Shown: piece after piece, positions 7,635 through 14,430 of the stretch
How the letters are laid out: each line of letters begins with the position of its first letter
Position numbering within the stretch: position 1 is the stretch's first letter
From: Candidatus Latescibacterota bacterium
GTDB taxonomy: Bacteria; Krumholzibacteriota; Krumholzibacteriia; WVZY01
NCBI GenBank assembly: GCA_963791045.1
Contig: CAWBQK010000020.1
Location: 1 to 16,693 of the forward strand
Direction of reading: 5' to 3'
DNA length: 16,693 bases
The notes under the pieces: model-generated
Seen by the model: the letters and a program-made list of their open reading frames with translations, nothing else
What the model was told of the DNA's origin: nothing
The model's database searches: none
Translations under genes and position numbers: made by a program

Positions 7635-9342
7635 ACGCCACCTGCACGAAGCGGTGGGTGTGGACGACTTTCTTGCGTACTGGTTCCACGCTCACCACGT
7701 CGAGATCCTGCGGCAGATCGATCAAGTAGCGCTTGCAGTTGACCGGCGTCAGCAGCCGCGCCGCGTTTTCGATTTCCTCTGAGATCGCGTCGAACACATC
7801 GTCGGGGCGGATTCCGCGGGTGCCCGTCTCGATCTCGCGCAGGCACGCCGCCCGCGCCGCCTTGTGCGCGAGTTTCGCGAGCACGGCGCCGCTTACCAGT
7901 TCGTGAATGCGGACCGTCCGCCGCGTGCCGTCACGAAACGTGATCGTCGCGACATCGCTCTCTCCGTTCGGCGCATACAACCGTGACAGTGTCGAGTCGA
8001 CGATTTCATCCCTCGCCGAGAGGCCGTCACCATCCGCCGAAGACGCGTACGGTTTGTCGGCACGGAAATACTTCGACAGGATCGAACGCGCGCCCGCCCT
8101 GTTGGGACGGCCGATCCGGATCGGGTTATCGCCGAAGCGGCCCGGGCGTGTGATCGCCTCGTCGAGAATGTCCTGACGGTTGGTCGCCGCGATCACGAGG
8201 ATGTTCCCGCGGTCCTCGAGCCCATCGAGCTCGACGGCCAACGCGTCCACCGCGCGGTCATCAACACGGTGCAGGTTCGCGCCCCGCGCCGAGGCGATCG
8301 AATCGAACTCGTCGAAGAACATCACGACGGGGATGTCCGGATCCGCCGCGGCCGCTTCGCGCGCCACCTTGAACACCTCGCGGATTTTCGCTTCGGTTTG
8401 CGAGTACCACATCGATCCCAGCTCGCCCGGCTTGATGTTCATAAACCGCGACCGCCCCGACTTCGAAAGCTCCCGCAACCAGTTCACGAGCGCCTTAACG
8501 AGAAGCGTCTTGCCCGTCCCCGGCGGTCCCTCGAGCATGATCGCGCGCTGGAGGGGGAGCCCGTACTCGCCCGTCAACGCGGGATTCTCGAGGTGAAGCA
8601 GGATGAGATGCTTGAGTTCTTCGATCTGCGTGTCGAGACCGCCGATGTCGTCAAAACTCTCCTTCGGAGCTTCTTCGAAGAAAAGATGATCGCCGGTGGC
8701 CTTGGGTATCTTTTCATAAGCGATCCGTCCGGCGGGGTTCCAGCGAACCTCGTCACCTTTCTCCAGTTCATCGTGGAGAATCCGTTCGCTGGGTTTGGCA
8801 ATGATTTCTTCGTCGCGCCGGCTCAAGACCAGGCGCCCATCGGGCGTGAAGCGCTCGAAGGTTGCCGTCTCACCACACGAGAGAGTCGTGGCCGAAATTT
8901 TGCAAACGAGCAGGTTGAGATCTCCCGAGAGAAGGACCTGGTCGCCCGCGGCAACGCTTTCCTTGTCCAGCTCGTCTATAACACGGACAAAGCGGAGCGT
9001 GCTCTCGTAGTTGACGAGCGCCGTTTCCTCTCCGGCGATCATCTGGTACTCGAGAAATGTCGCCGGGTAGAGCGGCGGCTGCGTAAGACGCTTATACGCC
9101 CCTTCAAGTTCCCCAAAAACACCTTCGAGCTCGTTCTGGACTTCCTTCGCGCGGCGAAGCCCGGTCCTGAGCCGGCCGAACTCGTGGAGCAGCAACATAT
9201 CGATATGACACCTGTTTTCTCCGGCATTATCCCGAAGCTCCTGGAGCTGGCTGCTCTTCTGTTCTGGTGAGATGCTGTCATCCATCAGAATCAGCCGTAT
9301 CAGTTCCATTTCCCTCGCGAGCGGACGTGCATTGCGCGGCAT
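7633..9342 (-). CDS. arc: ARC/Mpa-type proteasome-associated AAA+ ATPase
   Basis: N-terminal coiled coil ending LTQPP, OB-like interdomain region, FDDIGGLDTQIEEL, Walker A GPPGTGKT, Walker B FFDEFDS, AATNRQDILDEAITRPGR, and the ARC/Mpa-type segment ITFRDGTRRTV..ELVSGA. Start at 9342 follows an AAGGAGG SD. Confidence 0.9.
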   Translation of the reverse strand: MPRNARPLAREMELIRLILMDDSISPEQKSSQLQELRDNAGENRCHIDMLLLHEFGRLRTGLRRAKEVQNELEGVFGELEGAYKRLTQPPLYPATFLEYQMIAGEETALVNYESTLRFVRVIDELDKESVAAGDQVLLSGDLNLLVCKISATTLSCGETATFERFTPDGRLVLSRRDEEIIAKPSERILHDELEKGDEVRWNPAGRIAYEKIPKATGDHLFFEEAPKESFDDIGGLDTQIEELKHLILLHLENPALTGEYGLPLQRAIMLEGPPGTGKTLLVKALVNWLRELSKSGRSRFMNIKPGELGSMWYSQTEAKIREVFKVAREAAAADPDIPVVMFFDEFDSIASARGANLHRVDDRAVDALAVELDGLEDRGNILVIAATNRQDILDEAITRPGRFGDNPIRIGRPNRAGARSILSKYFRADKPYASSADGDGLSARDEIVDSTLSRLYAPNGESDVATITFRDGTRRTVRIHELVSGAVLAKLAHKAARAACLREIETGTRGIRPDDVFDAISEEIENAARLLTPVNCKRYLIDLPQDLDVVSVEPVRKKVVHTHRFVQVA

Positions 9343-10435
9343 CTTGAATCCCTCCTTCCGGAGTCTGATGTTCGTTGTCGGTAGTAACTTCCGCCCCACC
9401 CGCATCGAATACGGCGCCGCCACCCGGCACGTAATATCCTCTCCGCTCGAGCGCACCCTTTTGCCATCCAAAAAGCGTGTGGGTGATTTCATCTTCGGAC
9501 ACGTCGTTCACCGTGAGCGCGCAGGTGAACGCGCGCGGAAAAATCGTGCGGTGAAGATGCCGGTCCTCGGCGCTAAGAAACCCCTTCGCGAACGGGCACA
9601 CCGAACGCTTCTCCTGGGGACAGTCCTTGCACCACTCCCTCACCGGGTGTGAATGCCACCACCCGAGAAAAATCTCGCCCCTGCGGCGAAGGTCCACCGC
9701 CGCCCGCGCGGCCGACCACGTTTCGTGCGTGAATGTCAGATGCTTGACATCCGAAATCGTATGGACCGCCGGGACCTGCGCGGTGATTTCAACAAAAACT
9801 TCGGGGCGTTCGGTATCGCGGTGGAGGTGGCCGATGAGCACACCGCCCGTTTCCTTCGCGCCCGCGGTCCGCGCGAGTTCTCGCGTTTCCTCCAGAATGT
9901 CTTGTGAAATCACAATCGGCATCTCGCCCTGCTCCGCATCGCCGCACGCGCAAGAGCGTTCGGTGAAATCAGCGAGCGGCGATTCCTTGAACGTGATGTT
10001 CGGCGGAACCTCACGGCTCTTGTACGGCGAGACCGGCCCGGCGTTTGCGTGGCCTTCATCAAAAAACGCAACGGGAAGGTATCGCACCTGATCTTCTTTT
10101 GTCAGACGGCCCTTTTCGAGCAGCTCGGCCGTTACCTGCTTGGCCAAACCATTGAAGTACGCCGTCGGAAAATCTTCGGTCGCCCCATCGCCCTCTTCGG
10201 AGTAGATGGTCACCCTGAACCCGTCCAGATACGGTTCGCCGGCGTCGGCACTCCACAGCGGACGGATCGCCGAAGATCCGGTGCCGTCCGCCAACTGGAG
10301 CCGGCTCTGCCGTAAACCCTGCAACCACGCCCACTCGAGCGCGGGATCCCAATCCACCGAAACGGGAACCTGTTCGACGAGAGTTCCGTCGGCGCGATAG
10401 AGCGCAATCGCATAGCGATACCTTTGTGTGGACAT
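9278..10435 (-). CDS. JAB/MPN+ (JAMM) metallo-isopeptidase with an N-terminal domain of unknown function
   Basis: ETGGVLIG (catalytic Glu), GWWHSHP, and SAED completing the JAMM motif. Start at 10435 (MSTQR) follows a GGGAGG SD. Confidence 0.9.
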   Translation of the reverse strand: MSTQRYRYAIALYRADGTLVEQVPVSVDWDPALEWAWLQGLRQSRLQLADGTGSSAIRPLWSADAGEPYLDGFRVTIYSEEGDGATEDFPTAYFNGLAKQVTAELLEKGRLTKEDQVRYLPVAFFDEGHANAGPVSPYKSREVPPNITFKESPLADFTERSCACGDAEQGEMPIVISQDILEETRELARTAGAKETGGVLIGHLHRDTERPEVFVEITAQVPAVHTISDVKHLTFTHETWSAARAAVDLRRRGEIFLGWWHSHPVREWCKDCPQEKRSVCPFAKGFLSAEDRHLHRTIFPRAFTCALTVNDVSEDEITHTLFGWQKGALERRGYYVPGGGAVFDAGGAEVTTDNEHQTPEGGIQDAAQCTSAREGNGTDTADSDG

Positions 10436-10503
10436 CTCATGCCCTCCCAATACGAGAATTTGACAATCGGCCGGACGCAAAGCCGGGCCGAGGGATGATC
10501 AGA

Positions 10504-10785
10504 TCATCCTGCGTCTACATTCGGAGTCAGTGTGACCCAGTCGCCTGTTTCCAGGGCGTCACCGATGCGCTCCGTTCCATGCAGATGCCGGGCCTCGCGC
10601 CGCAGCATCGCACGGTAGCTGAGCGAACGACCTTCCGCGTCGTTCCGGTTCAGGTTCAAATCGTCGATGAGGTTCTGCACCAACTCGGCCGCCGTCGTAT
10701 CCGGCGACACGCCTTCGACGTTCCGAACCTTCTGCTGAGACACGTCGCTAGCCGTGAGCTCGAGTGTTGCGGCTTCGTACGCCAT
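10504..10785 (-). CDS. Ubiquitin-like (beta-grasp) modifier protein with C-terminal Gly (..PNVDAG)
   Basis: 93 aa with a beta-grasp-like pattern (VSPDTTAAELVQNLIDDLNL...LETGDWVTLTP) and an exposed terminal AG. GGAGGT SD. Located between E2 and JAB genes. Confidence 0.85.
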   Translation of the reverse strand: MAYEAATLELTASDVSQQKVRNVEGVSPDTTAAELVQNLIDDLNLNRNDAEGRSLSYRAMLRREARHLHGTERIGDALETGDWVTLTPNVDAG

Positions 10786-10791
10786 GATCGC

Positions 10792-11721
10792 CTACCTCCT
10801 TCCCCTTGCGGGTTCGGGTGTTGGCTCCCCGGTCTTGCGGGAGCCCTTTGCACGTGGGGCTGTCCCCCGCGCTTCCAGATATCTCCGCGCCGTCGTCCCG
10901 TCGGCAAGGATCAGGGCTTCCTTGTCACAGAAACGGCAGGCGACGGAGAGCGACGAGAGCCCGCTGTCGAGCAGCGCCGATGACGGCCGCTCGTTGAAAC
11001 GGACTTCATAAAAAACAGACACCCCATCCTCCGCGTCCACACCAGCCCGGGCAAAACGAACGAGTCCGTTCACCGTGAGCAAAAACTCCGCAAGCGCCGC
11101 ACGTGACTCATCGCAAAGCGACTTGTGTTTCGCGACGCTTGTCCTCAGCCGGTAACCGCCGTTGCCATCCGTCTCGACACCGGCTCTTCGCGACGCGTTC
11201 TGCGTGTCGAGGTCGACGAACGCTTCGCCGTTCTGCCTTTTTGAAATCACCCACCCGGTTTCCTCACAAAGATCCTCGAGCGAGTCTTCGGGGATGCTCC
11301 CCCCATTTGTCGCCGCGGCCGTCTCCGGCTTGGATATCACCGCCCGCGACGAGATGAGATTCTCGATCGCCTCCGCGCACAACTTCGCCACCTCGACGCC
11401 GTCGACCACCGGCACGTCCTCACACAGATTCAGGAGAGCCCCCTCTTCGGGTGAAAGCGCCACCCTTGCCCTGCCGGCCAGCCTGGGGTTGACCTCGAGA
11501 TACCGCCACAGGTCGCCGGTTTTCACGCTCGCCGGCACGGGGGAACGGCACGTGAGCCAGTTGCCGCCCAACTCGACGTCGATGGTCTGGTCGCTCCCCG
11601 AGTTCACGTTCACGCGCCAGGTCATCCGCCCTGTTTTCTCGACGTCAAACTTGCCGTCGAAATCCCCGGCGCAGAAGAGATCGTCGATCGATTTTTCCAA
11701 ACGCTCGATTCGGGTGTTCAC
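10792..11721 (-). CDS. Hypothetical protein with two tandem YbjN/CesT (T3SS-chaperone-like) domains
   Basis: Two internally similar halves: LWRYLEVNPRLAGRARVAL..LNLCEDV and LAEFLLTVNGLVRFARAGV..VFYEV. GTG start overlaps the E2 stop (GTGA, 11721-11718) with a GGAGGAG SD. The fold call is inference. Confidence 0.6.
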   Translation of the reverse strand: MNTRIERLEKSIDDLFCAGDFDGKFDVEKTGRMTWRVNVNSGSDQTIDVELGGNWLTCRSPVPASVKTGDLWRYLEVNPRLAGRARVALSPEEGALLNLCEDVPVVDGVEVAKLCAEAIENLISSRAVISKPETAAATNGGSIPEDSLEDLCEETGWVISKRQNGEAFVDLDTQNASRRAGVETDGNGGYRLRTSVAKHKSLCDESRAALAEFLLTVNGLVRFARAGVDAEDGVSVFYEVRFNERPSSALLDSGLSSLSVACRFCDKEALILADGTTARRYLEARGTAPRAKGSRKTGEPTPEPARGRR

Positions 11722-12251
11722 CGCTTCTCCTCCAGTGCCTGTGAGTCCTTGATTTTGTAGCTCGCGCGCCGCCGCACGAGCGGCCGCGAGTCGACGGGAA
11801 ATCTTTCCTTGTTCTTGCGCGCCCACGTACACGCTTCGGCGTTCAACGCGTCATCTTCGCGCATCGTCACCTTCTGGAAGGTGAGGATCTCGTAGCACTG
11901 GTAAATGATGTCGACGAGCGATGTGCCCGGATTGAGCATTCCAATGCAAACAAACGGAAATCGGACATTCGGATGAAATACATTCGCCGGGCCGAAGAGC
12001 GTGACCACTTCGGGCGGTGTGGCCCGCTGCCAGTAATCCGACGGAAACCGGATTCCGATGTCCACGCGGTCGTACTCACAAACACCCTCGCGAGTCTTCA
12101 GCAGCGTCTTGCAGAAGAACCTGACAAGGTACGTTTGGTGCGGTTTTTCTCCCATCGGCACCACTTCGATGAGATCGCTCCGCGCGGCCAACGCCATCGC
12201 TTCGGCTTCCTGTGTCTCGAGGAACGACTTGATGATTGGGCTTACGACCAT
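11718..12251 (-). CDS. E2 / UBC-fold ubiquitin-conjugating enzyme
   Basis: Colinear with eukaryotic UBC motifs: IRFPSDY..PP..VFHPNVRFPFVC (HPN plus catalytic Cys), PGTSLVDII..IL, ALNAEA. Start at 12251 follows a GAGGTG SD. Confidence 0.9.
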   Translation of the reverse strand: MVVSPIIKSFLETQEAEAMALAARSDLIEVVPMGEKPHQTYLVRFFCKTLLKTREGVCEYDRVDIGIRFPSDYWQRATPPEVVTLFGPANVFHPNVRFPFVCIGMLNPGTSLVDIIYQCYEILTFQKVTMREDDALNAEACTWARKNKERFPVDSRPLVRRRASYKIKDSQALEEKR

Positions 12252-12255
12252 GGTG

Positions 12256-13413
12256 TCACCTCTCTCTCCCGGGGGCTTTCCCGCCCCTGGAATCAACTTC
12301 TACATAACGCCGGCATCCACTGCTGTCGCGGATACCGAGGACATCGCCTTCCCGAACCCCAATCGCACGCAGCGTCCGATCCGCCAGGTGTGGCGGCAGC
12401 GCGGCGGGGTTGACCAACTCGCGGCTCCCGAATCCGGTCGCGACCATGTCGCCCCCGCATTCCAGACAGGCCCGGGCGCGCTTTAGGCGGGACGTGCGGC
12501 GATCGAACGTCACCTTGAGCTCGAGGACAGGATGCGGGCGGCCGCAGTCCCTGCACATGAGTTGGGTGACAAAGGACTGGCCGGGCACTTCGAGCGTTGC
12601 TTTGTGCGCGATCTTGTCGAGACGCGCATTCTTGGCCACGGACCCCTCACAACGGATGGGCGGCTCGGCGTGCAGCGGCATCCGGCACTCGCCGTTATGA
12701 TGGAGGCGAGTCAGGTAATGGTTGTGATACCCGGCATCGATCAACACCTGGAACGAATCGGCATCGGGACCACCGCCCGTGCTCGGCTCGTAGAACCCCG
12801 ACAGGATCTTGCCCGCTTCGATCGCCGCCAGAGAGCCGGCAAACGCCCCGAGGCTCGACGGCGCGTTGGTCGCCGCGGGCTCACCCGACCCCGGCGAACA
12901 CGCGTATGTCTGCTCGACGGCGGCGTAGTCCTCAGGCGTCCACCCGCACTCGGCACAGCCGCGCTCCGCGCCCGGGAAAAACACACTCACGCGGGCGAGG
13001 AGGTTGCCGCCGTCAACCCCGGCGTCGATCCACGGAATCCCCAACCGCCAGCTCGTCTCGTTGGTGTGCTGGCGCGCGCGTCTCGAGTCGAGTCCGGCAA
13101 GGATGACGTCACCTCTTCGGTGGTGGAGCGGAACATTTTCAATCCGCTCGACCAGCGCGGTCACATCAAGAGACGGGTTGATCTTCTTCATCCGCCGCTT
13201 CTGCACAACGGCCTTGGGCTTACCAACATCCGACGGCACGATGTCCTGTGATTTGAGGTTCTTCGGTTCGTACGTGTCGGGATCGATGAGCGTGACACGC
13301 CCTACCTCACTCAGCCGTGCGAGATGGGAAATCATGTGGCTGCCTATGTTGCCACCGCAGCCCACCACGACGACGTGCTTTGACATCTCATTCTGTTCGT
13401 TGAGCTTGGTCAT
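12256..13413 (-). CDS. E1-like (ThiF/MoeB family) Ubl-activating enzyme with a C-terminal Zn-ribbon/ubiquitin-fold-like extension
   Basis: VVVVGCGGNIGS nucleotide loop, IDPD..NL, VGKPKA, GLDSRRAR, CAEC, candidate catalytic Cys in TYACS. C-terminal CRDC and CLEC, then RTLRAIGVREGDVLGI. GAGGAGG SD. Confidence 0.92.
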   Translation of the reverse strand: MTKLNEQNEMSKHVVVVGCGGNIGSHMISHLARLSEVGRVTLIDPDTYEPKNLKSQDIVPSDVGKPKAVVQKRRMKKINPSLDVTALVERIENVPLHHRRGDVILAGLDSRRARQHTNETSWRLGIPWIDAGVDGGNLLARVSVFFPGAERGCAECGWTPEDYAAVEQTYACSPGSGEPAATNAPSSLGAFAGSLAAIEAGKILSGFYEPSTGGGPDADSFQVLIDAGYHNHYLTRLHHNGECRMPLHAEPPIRCEGSVAKNARLDKIAHKATLEVPGQSFVTQLMCRDCGRPHPVLELKVTFDRRTSRLKRARACLECGGDMVATGFGSRELVNPAALPPHLADRTLRAIGVREGDVLGIRDSSGCRRYVEVDSRGGKAPGRER

Positions 13414-13445
13414 TCGTTCGACCTCCTCGGTTGACCGCTTTCAAC

Positions 13446-13991
13446 TCAGCCGCACACATCGTCACCCGGAACCCACTGGAAACCCTCGTCGATGCCCGTC
13501 GGGTTGTCGCACATCGAGCACTTCGGCGCAAACGACCAGCAGTTGAGTTCATCGGTCTCATGGTGGATAACCGAACACCCGGGGCAGCGGACGACGGCCG
13601 CCCCTGGTTCGATCGTCTGCTTGCATCGGGGACACACCATCGGCTCTTCGCTCCCCTCGAACGTCTCGATCCGCGCGAGACTTTCGGCGGAAAAGTAGAT
13701 GGGTCGGTTGTCCCCAACTTTTATTTCGTCACCGTGCATGAGCGCGCGAATTCCCGTTGCCATGCGAAGTCCGTTTACTTTTATTTTCTTTGAGCGCCCC
13801 CACAGGACGGACCACGACACGTCTCTTCCTTCACCGTTGGTCGGCACGACGATGACGCTACGAGCCTTCGCGGTTTTGGAATGCGTCGCTTTGACTAACT
13901 TTGGGGGTGAGCCTTCGATGTCGAGCGATTGCTCGGTGAGCGGAACGACCAGCCACTGACGATCGTCGTCGCGAAACCAGATGTAGGCCAT
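13446..13991 (-). CDS. FHA-like domain plus prokaryotic RING-type Zn finger (candidate E3 ligase)
   Basis: VNGLRMATGIRALMHGDEIKVG resembles the C-terminal strands of FHA. C-x2-C-x12-C-x2-C-x4-H-x6-C(W)-x6-C-x2-C resembles Prok-RING_1 / C4HC3 fingers. First gene of the E1-E2-Ubl-JAB cluster. Confidence 0.75.
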   Translation of the reverse strand: MAYIWFRDDDRQWLVVPLTEQSLDIEGSPPKLVKATHSKTAKARSVIVVPTNGEGRDVSWSVLWGRSKKIKVNGLRMATGIRALMHGDEIKVGDNRPIYFSAESLARIETFEGSEEPMVCPRCKQTIEPGAAVVRCPGCSVIHHETDELNCWSFAPKCSMCDNPTGIDEGFQWVPGDDVCG

Positions 13992-14137
13992 GGTGACGAC
14001 CCCTCTTTTTCAAAATCACTTTTTTTTACCGGAGGCGAGGGTCGGCACTTGCCATTATGGGAAACCTGGCTACACTATACGTAGAGCATGTGTGTGCGTT
14101 CCCTCGACCACCCGGTAGTTTTATCAGAACCAACTGG

Positions 14138-14166
14138 ATTATATTGGAAAGGCACCCGAACGTCAA
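14138..14166 (-). promoter_or_regulatory. Near-consensus sigma70 promoter of the Ubl/Pup cluster
   Basis: TTGACG (14166-14161), 17-nt spacer, TATAAT (14143-14138). Predicts a start site near 14131 and a leader of about 140 nt. Confidence 0.8.
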
Positions 14167-14430
14167 GCACTAACTCATTATTTTACAAGGGTTTAGTCAC
14201 AGTGGGCGCTCAAAATGCCTCACCGTAGCCCAGTTTTTACGGTCAGATCGAATCGAGTCGAAATGCTCCTGCGTTTGTCACAGTAGATTTTAAAGCCGTC
14301 ATTCTGAGCGACTTTCCACGCACAGAAACGGCATAAAATTCGTTACTGTGAGAACACTTCGACAACTCGATTCTTGAATCGCACCGTGTGTCCGTCCGTC
14401 GCTCCCGCCGCCTTCCTGGAGGTCTTGCTA

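Noticed and set aside
4232-7782. Long plus-strand ORFs (4232..5590, 5701..7782; likewise 1055..2011, 8269..9270, 12532..13251)
   Set aside because: They are antisense shadows of well-supported minus-strand genes in GC-rich DNA, and show no recognisable motifs.
12256-13413. E1 plus Ubl as a thiamine, molybdopterin or tRNA-thiolation sulfur relay
   Set aside because: No ThiG, MoaE, rhodanese or cysteine synthase gene nearby. The adjacent E2 and RING-like genes indicate protein conjugation.
9278-13413. CBASS Cap2/Cap3 module
   Set aside because: No CD-NTase or effector gene in the window. E1 and E2 are separate proteins and a dedicated Ubl is present.
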